This document shows, piece by piece, positions 50,093-60,252 of a DNA stretch of 64,000 bases. The stretch's first letter is position 1; every line of letters begins with the position of its first letter. Under the pieces are notes generated by a model. That model was given only the letters and a program-made list of their open reading frames with translations. It did not search any database and was not told the DNA's origin. This stretch comes from Candidatus Poribacteria bacterium (lineage in GTDB: Bacteria > Poribacteria > WGA-4E > UBA9662), in NCBI GenBank assembly GCA_036339735.1, contig JAYZAL010000036.1, positions 32,001-96,000 of the forward strand, written 5' to 3'. Both the position numbers and the translations under genes were made by a program.

Positions 50093-51433
50093 TTAGTACT
50101 TCGGTACATCTTTGTAAATTCGCCATATTTCTTTCTGGATATACCACTGCTCATTCTCCTCTTCTATCCAAACTTCACGTTCCCAGATATCATATAGAAT
50201 GGGTTGTGTTTGTCCGTAACCAGAAGGTTTATGCAACCGATAATTAGCAATTAGGTTATCGCCTTCGGCAACAATTTTGGGTTTCTCTATGGAAGCCTGT
50301 TGGGTCCAAGTATTATTAGCCATCTGCCGGATAATGTCCTGCATCTGTTGATGATTTAAAGAACTGTATTTTTCTCCATTTGTTTGTATGATTGTTTGTT
50401 CAACTTGAATTTCAGGACTATAATAACCTAGGTGAGCTTCAATTCTTTTATTCCACCAATCCTGGTTCCATAACTCTAAGGTTCTTTGAGCACTGAAAAT
50501 TTGATTTTGGTTTAGGGAAGTTGCCCCAGTTCGTTTTATAGGTGACGTAACCTGACGATTTTCAACAAAGGCTCTAGCTTCTCGAATTTTTTGGTCCAAT
50601 AATAAGTCATGATCTTTCAGAACATTACGACCTTGGTTTAAGTATTCAATTTGTTTTGAATATTTCTCACCTTGAACAATAGCCTTATTTTTGGCTTGTT
50701 CTGAAATTCGACGTGCTAGTTCCACTTCAGATTTCGCTTTATCTAATTGCTTTTGATACTGACGTACTTCTTTCTGATATTTTTTAATTTTATTTTTGGC
50801 TTGGTCATATTCTGCCTGAATCTCGTTATATCGCCCCCGTAACTCACTCTGATTTTTTTGGACTTGTACTATGTGCGACTTACTTTGCCTTATTTCGTCA
50901 GTCTTTTCTTGAATCGTTTGTTCTAATTTTTCGATGGATTCATCTTTTTGTTGGCTAATTGATTCTATCTTTGATCGAGTCTGTTTTAATTCGACGAGTG
51001 TTTTCCGAATTTCAGCTTTAATTTTTTTAAGTTCGCGAGATCTATCATCTAGTAGATTGTTGAGTTCTTTTTCCCGTGAAACTGCCATCGCTTCTTGAGT
51101 CGCCACTTGAGCGTCAACTAACGCATGATAAGCTTTCTGAAGTGCGGTCAATCCATCCCTTTCATCTTTTGCTTTTTTTGCTGAATTTATCTGTTGCTCA
51201 GCACTTTCTACTAATTGTGGCGAATGTAGTCGAGCATTGGTCAAATAAGCTTGATCTAGGGCAATTTCCGATTGGGCAATTACAACTTCAACGTTTTCTA
51301 GGTCGATCTTTCCTATTGTTTTCCCACAAGCCATAAACATAGCACTAACAATCACTATTGTTACTGTATATATGAGCCGAGATAAATGATAGTTTCTATG
51401 CTTATTAATCTCATTCTGTTCTTTTATCACCAT
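50093..51433 (-). CDS. Putative lipoprotein: DUF4398-like helical domain, long coiled coil, C-terminal NTF2-like domain
   Basis: FMAC lipobox, heptad-rich middle, WNQDW..YYS and WYIQKEIW; AGGAG RBS. Confidence 0.6.
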   Translation of the reverse strand: MVIKEQNEINKHRNYHLSRLIYTVTIVIVSAMFMACGKTIGKIDLENVEVVIAQSEIALDQAYLTNARLHSPQLVESAEQQINSAKKAKDERDGLTALQKAYHALVDAQVATQEAMAVSREKELNNLLDDRSRELKKIKAEIRKTLVELKQTRSKIESISQQKDESIEKLEQTIQEKTDEIRQSKSHIVQVQKNQSELRGRYNEIQAEYDQAKNKIKKYQKEVRQYQKQLDKAKSEVELARRISEQAKNKAIVQGEKYSKQIEYLNQGRNVLKDHDLLLDQKIREARAFVENRQVTSPIKRTGATSLNQNQIFSAQRTLELWNQDWWNKRIEAHLGYYSPEIQVEQTIIQTNGEKYSSLNHQQMQDIIRQMANNTWTQQASIEKPKIVAEGDNLIANYRLHKPSGYGQTQPILYDIWEREVWIEEENEQWYIQKEIWRIYKDVPKY

Positions 51434-52112
51434 GTTTTCACTCCTATAGCTCTCTCAAAAGATCATCTAAATTAAGTTTCGGCTTGTTACTTTCCATCAC
51501 GCAATCTCAGCTAAAAAGAAAGAAGAAAGATTGTAGCAACCGAGAGAATACAATCGAAGTAGTAGGTCAGGTTAATCTCAAATATACATACGTCTAACTA
51601 ATCAATCTGTTTCTAATTTCTAACGAATAAGCTTGTGAGTAGCACCCAAACAAACTTATTCATCTGTCTATCTAGTAATTAGAGTGAAAAATTGGATACT
51701 TGAGGGATATAAGGTCTCACACTGCTAAATTCAGTTAATCTCAAGATACAACAAGTTCTGACCTTACACGCCTTGGAGTCATAACTCCATACTTTCGGAT
51801 CATGTTGTGATACAACTGTATGTATTATGTTGAAAACATATTTAGGTGTAAATCATGGACCTTATAAGTACAGAAATATAGAGAATTATTTCAACCGTAA
51901 AGGAACATCACGAGTTGGAATATTGAAAAACTAACTCACCGGCAGAAAAATGAAAGCCCTGTAGCTTACCATGCCAATTCAAAAGACTCAGTCGCGTAGA
52001 TTAGCTCAGCTCAAAACTAACCCAATACTATAACAATCTTGGTTAATCTTTAATCGTCTTTAGAATTCAGTCAGGCATTTATTATTGAAAAATTTGATGA
52101 GTAGATAGGACT

Positions 52113-55106
52113 CTAAAAAGGAAAGATCTGTTCCAATGAAATCCTAGTAATTTTACCATGTTTAGATAAAGATTCTAGATCCATTTTACTTGTGTCGCCA
52201 ACAATTGAGATCAGCTTTTTCCGATCTTTAACAGAGTCCTGATGAAAATCAAGCAGTAAGCCAAGATCCGACTGTAAAGTTTCTTTGTAGCGATTACGTC
52301 TGGGGTCTACATCCAACTGCTGATACTCCCAAGAACGAACAGCACCAATCACGTCACGAAAACCCACTTTCGCTGTCTTATATCGATTTATAATAGCATT
52401 CTTAGCAATCTTAAATCGCTCTTCCGAAACTGGAAGGTCATCTATCAAATTAACGAAAGCTTCAAGAGCTTCTGCAGTTTTATCAGCCTGACACAAAACC
52501 AATGCCACCATTCGATTTACATCCCCTTTCCGCTTTCCTGTTGCATACCGGGCATAACTGGCATAGGCCAAAGCTCTGGCTTCTCTTAGCTCTTGAAATA
52601 CGACCCCAGACATTCCTCCATCAAAGTATTCGTTATAAAGATTTATCGTTGACCGTTCAGCTTCGTCATAGACACCTCCACCAAAATCAAGGCGTACATA
52701 TGCTTGTGCAATTTCTTTATCAAACAGATAAATTTCAGACTCTTCTGATTGTCGAGGCACAAAAAATTCATACTCTGGAGGCTCACTTAATACTCCCTCC
52801 AAAGGATTACACGAATTTAGTTGTGATCGTAATTGAGGTAGAGAAAGAGTCCCAACATAACTAATATTATGCTGATAGCTGAACAAATCCAAGATCGATT
52901 TTGTCAATTCACCAACCGTCAATTCCCGAACATCCTCATTTGATAGAAGACGAAGCCTCGCGGACTTGTCACCATAAAGATTGTACTCAGCCATGGCTTG
53001 AGCGATCGACTGGTAGTTTTTTTTGGCATCTTCTCGATTAGCCAAAACAATTTTAATTAATTCTTTCAGTGTAGATTGATCAACTTTTGGCTGTTTTATC
53101 AAACTCAGAGCTAAAGCCAATGTTGCTCCAAAATTCTCGTCCAACCCAGAAATAGTTAGAGTCGACGATTGTTCAGCGACAGAAAAATTGAAATCTGAAC
53201 CGAGCTTATACCACTCTTCCTTCAATTCAGAGGCAGAAAAGTTAAATGTCCCTGATTTATCTAATAGCAAAGCCGCTATTCCCAACTTAGGGTGATGAAG
53301 CTTTCCAACATCAAAAGTGAAACTTAACTGGAATAAATCGTTTACCGGATTCGGAGTGTAGTAAAGCTTGACCCCCGGATAATGATCAATAGTTTGGTAA
53401 TCTCTCTCAGGCTCAATAAATGTAGGTTCAATATCGACAGTAGGCATTTCCAGAACGGACTTAGCAAATTCCGATTGTTGACTAGAATCAATTTGTATTG
53501 GATCAATTTTCGGTTTGTCGACCTGTGGTAGTTGATGTTGGTCATCTATTCGATAACCAACCACATAATTATCCCCAAAATATTTATTGGCCACGGCAAC
53601 CACGTCATCTTTAGTCAACTTTTCCATTCTTTCTATTGATCGAACGGCATAAGACCAATCTTGATCGGCAATAAATGCACTTCGCAACGCACTAACACGA
53701 CGGTAGTTATCCTCAAGCCCGGATTTCTCAGATTTTTTGAAGTCATTCACAATAGCTGGAATAATCCAGTCTTCAAAATCACCTTGCTTAATCAGATCAA
53801 TTTGTTCTAACAATAGTTTCTCAACTTCTTCTAATGATTGATCTTTTTTAGGAATTCCCCACAGTTCTTGACTACCATAGTCATTTTTAAATGAGGGGCG
53901 TGAACCTGCTTGGCGAAGCTTTTGCTGCTGATTTAAGTTGAGATTAATCAGTCCAGCAGTAGCATTGTCCAAGATCATATCACAAAGAGACAAGGCTGCT
54001 ACATCATCATGATTTTGTGGAACAGTACGAAAAACTACCATTACATATTCTTCACCCTCGTATTGAACCTTAACTCGCTCTATTTCATCAATTGGTTCTT
54101 CAACCCATGTTGTTGGTTTAGGAATTGGTTTAGGTTGCCAATTGCCAAAGTTCTCAGCAATGATCCTTATTGTTTCCGTGATGTCAATATGACCGGAAAG
54201 GCAGATGGCCATATTATTTGGTACATAATAAGTATTGAAAAAATCGTAAATTTTAGTCAATGACGGGTTTTTAAGATGATCGACTGTTCCTAGGATTGAT
54301 CTCCGATAAGGATGATTTTTATAAACTTTCTCATAGACTGCATCTCGAATTAGACGGTCTTTACTGTCCAGAGCTCGGTTTTTTTCTTCATAAACGACTT
54401 CCAATTCTGAATGAAATAGTCGGAAAATCGGTTCGCCGTACAGGCGGTGCGATTCAATTTTGGCCCATTGTTCGAGACGATTGGCTGGCAGGTTGATCAT
54501 GTAGGTAGTTAACTCGTTGCCAGTACCTGCATTTTTTAGAGAAGCCCCCATAGACTGATATAATTTATCAAGTTCGTTTGGGATAGCATACTTAGCTGCT
54601 AGCTGTGATTCAGCATTGATTTGGGAATATATAGTAGCTCTTTTTTCAAGATCAGTCTCAACAAAGTGTTCCTCGTAAAGTTGAGTGATACGCTCCAAAT
54701 GAACTTTCTCTGTTTGATAATCGGTAGTTCCTAATTCTTTTGTTCCTTTAAACAACAAGTGTTCTAAGTAATGGGCTAGACCAGTTGCATCTACCGGGTC
54801 ATGTTTCCCTCCTACCCTGACCACTACCTCCGCATGAAAACGTGGTTCTTCATGATTTTCAGTCAAGTAAACTTTTAAGCCATTATCCAGTTCAAAAATG
54901 GCTACATTCATCAAGTCGGAGGGGTCAGGATCATTGATACGACGATATCCCATCGTTTTCTCATTTCCTATTTGACTGACAGTATTCAGGGTGGAACTTT
55001 CAAGTACTATAGGTGTTGATGATCGGCGACCAAGACAACCAGGTAAACCCAAAACTACAAGAATAAGAACAATACGTAAAACACGAGCGCTTCGGTGATA
55101 TTTCAT
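52113..55106 (-). CDS. M16 (insulinase) family zinc peptidase, probable lipoprotein
   Basis: LDNGL, GLAHYLEHLLFKGT (HXXEH), VFQELREARALAY; LPGC lipobox. Confidence 0.92.
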   Translation of the reverse strand: MKYHRSARVLRIVLILVVLGLPGCLGRRSSTPIVLESSTLNTVSQIGNEKTMGYRRINDPDPSDLMNVAIFELDNGLKVYLTENHEEPRFHAEVVVRVGGKHDPVDATGLAHYLEHLLFKGTKELGTTDYQTEKVHLERITQLYEEHFVETDLEKRATIYSQINAESQLAAKYAIPNELDKLYQSMGASLKNAGTGNELTTYMINLPANRLEQWAKIESHRLYGEPIFRLFHSELEVVYEEKNRALDSKDRLIRDAVYEKVYKNHPYRRSILGTVDHLKNPSLTKIYDFFNTYYVPNNMAICLSGHIDITETIRIIAENFGNWQPKPIPKPTTWVEEPIDEIERVKVQYEGEEYVMVVFRTVPQNHDDVAALSLCDMILDNATAGLINLNLNQQQKLRQAGSRPSFKNDYGSQELWGIPKKDQSLEEVEKLLLEQIDLIKQGDFEDWIIPAIVNDFKKSEKSGLEDNYRRVSALRSAFIADQDWSYAVRSIERMEKLTKDDVVAVANKYFGDNYVVGYRIDDQHQLPQVDKPKIDPIQIDSSQQSEFAKSVLEMPTVDIEPTFIEPERDYQTIDHYPGVKLYYTPNPVNDLFQLSFTFDVGKLHHPKLGIAALLLDKSGTFNFSASELKEEWYKLGSDFNFSVAEQSSTLTISGLDENFGATLALALSLIKQPKVDQSTLKELIKIVLANREDAKKNYQSIAQAMAEYNLYGDKSARLRLLSNEDVRELTVGELTKSILDLFSYQHNISYVGTLSLPQLRSQLNSCNPLEGVLSEPPEYEFFVPRQSEESEIYLFDKEIAQAYVRLDFGGGVYDEAERSTINLYNEYFDGGMSGVVFQELREARALAYASYARYATGKRKGDVNRMVALVLCQADKTAEALEAFVNLIDDLPVSEERFKIAKNAIINRYKTAKVGFRDVIGAVRSWEYQQLDVDPRRNRYKETLQSDLGLLLDFHQDSVKDRKKLISIVGDTSKMDLESLSKHGKITRISLEQIFPF

Positions 55107-55120
55107 TTGATTGCTGCCTC

Positions 55121-55155
55121 AAAAGAAAAAGCCCAAAGATAGGACTTTGGGCTTT
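55121..55155 (-). terminator. Intrinsic terminator after the FAD oxidoreductase gene
   Basis: AAAGCCCAAAG-atagga-CTTTGGGCTTT perfect stem with a T-rich tail on the minus strand. Confidence 0.8.
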
Positions 55156-55196
55156 CCAATTTTGTTTGTTGGTGCACTCATCTTAGTTAAAAAATG

Positions 55197-55763
55197 TTAA
55201 TTGTCATCTGAGGGAACTTCATCCCAATCGCAGTAACGTCTCCCCTCTTTTTTCTCCTTCGACAAAATCAATAGAGCCGCGGACGCTCCATCTCCAGCAG
55301 AAATGATTGCCTGTACTTGGTGTGGGCGTGTAGTTCGTCCTACAACGAAGAGGTTTTCAACCGTGGTTTCCGCCTCTCGTGAAGCGGCAATTGCTCCTTC
55401 TTCGCCCTTCTTCAGCCCTAGACTTTCGGCTAATTCTCGGCTCGATCCGGTTGCAATAATCAAGTATTTACCAGAGTAATGTTGGTCCTCCGAAGTCATA
55501 ACCGAGAACCCGTCGTCATTTTTTGTAACTGTTTTCACTTGAGTTTCAACCAAGTTAGCGCCAAAACCCGTAATTTGTTGGCGAGCTACTTCCTGAAATT
55601 CTGTTCCTGTCATTTCAGGAATTCCTAAATAGTTGTAGAGCATTGCATAGTGCATTGGGGTTTCGTTCTGGCCAAAAACAGTAGTCTGAATCTCATTTTT
55701 GGCTAGGTATAAAGCGGCACTCAAACCGCCGGGGCCATCTCCGATAATAAGAGCACTCGACAT
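55197..55763 (-). CDS. Short FAD-dependent oxidoreductase (thioredoxin-reductase-like FAD domain only)
   Basis: IIGDGPGGLSAA, LIIATG, QAIISAGDGA; AGGAGG RBS. Confidence 0.8.
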   Translation of the reverse strand: MSSALIIGDGPGGLSAALYLAKNEIQTTVFGQNETPMHYAMLYNYLGIPEMTGTEFQEVARQQITGFGANLVETQVKTVTKNDDGFSVMTSEDQHYSGKYLIIATGSSRELAESLGLKKGEEGAIAASREAETTVENLFVVGRTTRPHQVQAIISAGDGASAALLILSKEKKEGRRYCDWDEVPSDDN

Positions 55764-56003
55764 CAATTTCCTCCTGTGGTCGATTTGGAAGACTCACGTA
55801 ACCTAAGCATCAATTCTAGCATAGTCACTGATTTGATGCAAAGTACTGGTTGATATCGTCAAAGATTGACAGCCTCTATTGCTAGTGTTAGAATGAGACT
55901 GAGCTGGATTCAGCCTTCCGTGGTTCAGCTAATTGGCAATGACCTAAAAAATAAAACGAACGAATTGATAAAAGTCCTTAGATCTAGGATTATTAAGGGT
56001 GTT

Positions 56004-56699
56004 ATGCGAATAAATCAGTTGATCCAAATTTCACCTTCGATTATGTGTGCCGATCTCTGTAATATGGAAGATGAATTGAGAAAGCTAGAATCAATAGGCG
56101 TTGATTTGCTTCACTTTGATTTAATGGATAGCCACTTTGTTCCCAATATGCCACTTGGTTTGGTACTGTTAGAACAGTTACGAAGCAAAACTGAATTACC
56201 CTATGATATTCATTTGATGGTAGATGATAACGACTTTTTTGTACAGAGGGTCGTCGAAATAGGTGTCCAACAAATTGCTGTGCACGTTGAATCTACAACT
56301 CATTTGGACCGAACATTATCCTTGATTCAGGAGAATAATGTTCGTGCTGGTGTGGCTCTCAACCCAGCTACACCACTAACAACGATTGAGTACATTTTAG
56401 ATCGTATTGACTTTGTAATGATTATGTCAGTAAATCCTGGTTTCGCTGGCCAAAAGATGGTCCCATCAGCTCTAAAAAAAATCGCTAACTGTCGAAATTT
56501 TCTGGACCAACATGGAATAAATATCCCAATCGAAGTAGACGGTAACGTCAGTTTTTCTAACATTCCAGATATGGTTGCAGCTGGAGCAGATATCTTGGTT
56601 GCTGGCACCAGTAGTATTTTCAACAAGGATGATGACTATTCAGAAAATATGGATAAAATAGAAAAAGCCATCCAACGAGGGCTAGAGAGAAGAAGGTAA
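56004..56699 (+). CDS. rpe: Ribulose-phosphate 3-epimerase family protein (AlsE-like)
   Basis: ISPSIMC, HFDLMD.HFVPN, DIHLMV, MSVNPGFAGQ, EVDG; likely start ATG 56004. Confidence 0.85.
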   Translation: MRINQLIQISPSIMCADLCNMEDELRKLESIGVDLLHFDLMDSHFVPNMPLGLVLLEQLRSKTELPYDIHLMVDDNDFFVQRVVEIGVQQIAVHVESTTHLDRTLSLIQENNVRAGVALNPATPLTTIEYILDRIDFVMIMSVNPGFAGQKMVPSALKKIANCRNFLDQHGINIPIEVDGNVSFSNIPDMVAAGADILVAGTSSIFNKDDDYSENMDKIEKAIQRGLERRR

Positions 56700-56707
56700 A
56701 TCTAACC

Positions 56708-57775
56708 GTGAGTCATACCGAAGAAACCATGCAAGCTTTAGTTCTCCGCGCAATTGGGGACGTACAATTGGAGCAGATACCTATACCAGCCGTTAAGTCG
56801 GGTTATGCAAGGATACGAATTGGGTTTTGTGGTGTATGTGGTTCAGATATACCCCGCTTGTTTTCGAAGGGAACCTATAATTTCCCTACTGTTTGTGGAC
56901 ATGAATTTTCCGGTACCATTGAGGAAACCCACGACAATAATGATTCTGAGTTTAAAGTTGGCGATCGAGTAGTAGTATTTCCTCTAATTTGGTGTGGCCA
57001 ATGTTCCGCTTGTGAGATCGGGCAATATGTAAAATGCCGTGATTACGATTATTTGGGTTCTCGTAGTAATGGTGCCTTTTCTGAGTATGTGATTGCCCCT
57101 ATAACAAACCTGATTTTAGTGCCAGAAATGGTTTCGCTAGAAGAAGCAGCCATGAGTGAGCCTGCAGCCGTTTCGCTGCATGCTCTCAAAAGAGGTAATT
57201 GCAGTGTTGGACAAACGATAGCCGTTTTTGGTGCAGGTCCAATTGGGTTAATTACTGCCCAATGGGCCAAAGTCATGGGAGTTCAAAAAATCATCTTGTT
57301 CGACATCATCCCAGAAAAATTGAAGCTGGCAAACCAAATGGGGATTGATTTGACATTTAACAACCGAGACCAAAACTCTCTTTCTGTTATCAACCAATTG
57401 ACTAATGGCAAGGGGGTCGACTTAGCCATTGAGGCAGCAGGCGTTCCATCAACCCTTATCGAAGCTCTGTCAGCTACTGCTTATGGAGGTCGGGTAGTCA
57501 TGCTAGGTAACCCTTCGTCTAGTGTGACCTTGTCGACCGACTTAATATCTCAGCTAATGAGACGCGAAGTAGACATTGTAGGTACTTGGAATTCAGACTT
57601 TAGTGTCTGTGGTAACAGCGATGACTGGCGAACAGTTCTGCAGGCAATGGCTTTGAAAACACTGGATTTACGATCCTTAGTCACACATCAAGTAAAACTA
57701 GCGTACGCACTTGACGCTCTGAGAATGATGAAAGATCAAAGCGATTTTTTTTCAAAAGTGTTGATATCTCCTTGA
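56708..57775 (+). CDS. Galactitol-1-phosphate 5-dehydrogenase-like Zn-dependent dehydrogenase
   Basis: CGSD, GHEFSG, CGQCSAC..C, YLGSRSNGAFSEY, GAGPIG, GTWNS. Confidence 0.8.
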   Translation: MSHTEETMQALVLRAIGDVQLEQIPIPAVKSGYARIRIGFCGVCGSDIPRLFSKGTYNFPTVCGHEFSGTIEETHDNNDSEFKVGDRVVVFPLIWCGQCSACEIGQYVKCRDYDYLGSRSNGAFSEYVIAPITNLILVPEMVSLEEAAMSEPAAVSLHALKRGNCSVGQTIAVFGAGPIGLITAQWAKVMGVQKIILFDIIPEKLKLANQMGIDLTFNNRDQNSLSVINQLTNGKGVDLAIEAAGVPSTLIEALSATAYGGRVVMLGNPSSSVTLSTDLISQLMRREVDIVGTWNSDFSVCGNSDDWRTVLQAMALKTLDLRSLVTHQVKLAYALDALRMMKDQSDFFSKVLISP

Positions 57776-57813
57776 ATAGGTAAAATGAATAAAAAAATAC
57801 GAAATACAAATAT

Positions 57814-58917
57814 ATGACTAACTTAACCTACTATTTAGATCAGCCAGGCTCTACTTTTACCAAAGTGAGTGAAGTGATACCAGAACCAAAAGCTGGAGAA
57901 ATTAGACTAAAAACCTTGCGAACATCAGTTTGCCAATCTGATGTGATTATTCAGAAACAAGGGCTGCCTCGAATCACAAATTGGCCGGCCATCTTATTGC
58001 ACGAAGCCGCCTGCTTAGTGGATTCAGTAGGGGCTGGTGTTACAGAATTCTCTAGTGGAGATTTAGTTGGTTTGGGTTGCGATATTCCTTGCGGAGATCT
58101 GGATTGCATTTACTGTGGTGAAGAAGGAACAGGTGATTGGACTAGTTGTCCGAACACACAAGCCACGGGCCACGAATTTCCCGGTTTTTCCCGATCTTAC
58201 GCTGTCTTGCCCAATTGGTTTGTCAAATTAGGACCAATCGTCAAATTCCCGACGGCATTCAATCCCAACCACGTTTGCCAACTAGAACCTCTGGCTTGTG
58301 TTCTTGAAGGAATGACTCGAGTTCGGAACTGTATCAAAGACCGAATTGTAGTGTTGATTGGGGCTGGCTCGCAAAGTACCTATGCGTTACAATGTGCTCA
58401 GGCTATGAAAGCAAGAAAGATCATCGTCATCAATCGAGGCGCAGAGCGACTCGATCGAGTTATGGCTGATTTTGGAGCTGATAACATCGTTGGATTTCGA
58501 TGGGACCATCAAGTTGTTGATAAAGTATTTAGAGCTTGTCACCCATTTAACGAACCACACTTCGTTATGGTCAATGCCCCGTGTTTGGAAGCTTATGAGC
58601 TAGCTACTAAGTTAATGGGATACGGTACGGTATTAGATGGGCACGCCGGAGTCAAAAGCGCCAAGGGAAAACCGAACATTGATCACCAAATTGACTTGAA
58701 TAACGACATTCATTATCGACTTCAATGTTATCAGGCAACACACGGATCAAGCATGTATGGAATCCGTCTGGCGCAACGTTTTTTGTCAGAAGGTCGACTA
58801 CCCAAAATCGACTTAATGACCAATTCAACGGAACAATTTCAACACTCCCAAATAGACAAGGCCATCGAAAGAGCAGCGGATCCAGACAGCTTAAAAGTAA
58901 TCATTGAATGGGATTAA
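57814..58917 (+). CDS. Divergent Zn-binding medium-chain dehydrogenase
   Basis: VCQSD, LHEA, CG..CIYC..C, LEPLAC, IGAG, KVII. Confidence 0.75.
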   Translation: MTNLTYYLDQPGSTFTKVSEVIPEPKAGEIRLKTLRTSVCQSDVIIQKQGLPRITNWPAILLHEAACLVDSVGAGVTEFSSGDLVGLGCDIPCGDLDCIYCGEEGTGDWTSCPNTQATGHEFPGFSRSYAVLPNWFVKLGPIVKFPTAFNPNHVCQLEPLACVLEGMTRVRNCIKDRIVVLIGAGSQSTYALQCAQAMKARKIIVINRGAERLDRVMADFGADNIVGFRWDHQVVDKVFRACHPFNEPHFVMVNAPCLEAYELATKLMGYGTVLDGHAGVKSAKGKPNIDHQIDLNNDIHYRLQCYQATHGSSMYGIRLAQRFLSEGRLPKIDLMTNSTEQFQHSQIDKAIERAADPDSLKVIIEWD

Positions 58918-58978
58918 CCTTCAAGTCCCCGTATGAGTTGAATAGCCTCTACTCTGGCATGTGAAACTTATTTCTTCA

Positions 58979-59992
58979 TCAATCCCAAGGATCAAGAACC
59001 ACTTTTCCAACGTCGCCAGTCAACTGCTGTTCCCAAGCTGTCTGAACTTGACTCATTCCATACTCGTGTGTGATGAATTTATCCAATTGATCTCCTACTT
59101 GGCTTATTACCTTTATCAGAGCAGGAAAATCAGACAGACTGTAGTGCCAATTACCACGGAGAACAATTCCTTTCCGAATCATATCACTACTGGCTCCCAA
59201 AGGAAAGTTACCCCCCTCACCTATAAAACAAGCTTGACCTTTTCGCTTTAATGAATCAACCATCAGCCGATGGGCAGCCGAAGCACCGGAACAATCCATG
59301 GCTTTATCAACGCCCAAACCATCGGTCAAATCCTTGATCTTATCCAGAATGTGTTCATCTGTTGGGTCAAAAACAGCAATTGCTCCCAATTCCTTCGCTA
59401 GACTAGCGCGGAAGGGCTGACTTTCAACAGCAATCACTTTCGCACCCCGGAAATGCCCATTAATAACACCGCCAAGCCCAACAGGCCCCATACCTGTGAT
59501 CATTACTGTATCTAACGCATTAACGTCCATCTGTTGCATAGCCCCAAATGTAGGGCCCAACCCACAACATGCCATTCCGGCATGGTGAAAACTAATTTCT
59601 TCAGAGAAAGGTGATAATAACCAATCAGGTTTGAGAATGTATTGGGCATATGTAGATCCTGCTGATTGTCCTTCGGGCAATCTCCTTCCAGCTTGGCAGT
59701 GAATGTGTTCTCCATCCAAACAGAGCCAGCAAGTACCGCAACCTAATTGAGGTTGAACAACCACCCGATCTCCGACTTTTACACGTCCAGCTTGCGCGAC
59801 TTCGACTACTTCACCAGCTGCTTCATGGCCAAAACCAACTGAGTCCTGTTCTCTCTCTCTTTTAAAACCTTTGTATTCAGTACACATTGGCACTGATCTT
59901 ATTTTAACCACGACAAAATCGTCAATAGCTTTTGGATCTGGTCGGTCAATGGTTCCACCGGTCCCATCAGCAAACATGGCTGCAATTTTCAT
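58979..59992 (-). CDS. Zn-binding alcohol/sugar dehydrogenase
   Basis: GHEAAG, CGTCWLC..C, GMGPVG, GKVVL. Confidence 0.85.
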   Translation of the reverse strand: MKIAAMFADGTGGTIDRPDPKAIDDFVVVKIRSVPMCTEYKGFKREREQDSVGFGHEAAGEVVEVAQAGRVKVGDRVVVQPQLGCGTCWLCLDGEHIHCQAGRRLPEGQSAGSTYAQYILKPDWLLSPFSEEISFHHAGMACCGLGPTFGAMQQMDVNALDTVMITGMGPVGLGGVINGHFRGAKVIAVESQPFRASLAKELGAIAVFDPTDEHILDKIKDLTDGLGVDKAMDCSGASAAHRLMVDSLKRKGQACFIGEGGNFPLGASSDMIRKGIVLRGNWHYSLSDFPALIKVISQVGDQLDKFITHEYGMSQVQTAWEQQLTGDVGKVVLDPWD

Positions 59993-60252
59993 TTTGATTC
60001 TCCAAGTTCCAAATAGTTGCCAATCATATTGCTCATCATAACAAATCGAGACTCAAAATTCTATCTTAAACTTTTCAGTTTTATTAAATCTCTCATTTCA
60101 AGTATCCGCTCAACCAAACCTCTGTTTAAAACCCTTTTCGTGGATATTAAATCAGAATTTGGCAATGATTCAGGAAAAATCGGATTATTCCCATATAATC
60201 TCAAATCCTAATGGTAATTTCCACCGAAAATTGATCATTTCACAAAAGCCAT

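Noticed and set aside
55866-56003. ORF-track N-terminal extension of the epimerase (likewise 43986-44048 for ferredoxin and 50068-50154)
   Set aside because: Family homology begins at downstream ATGs; extensions are longest-ORF artefacts
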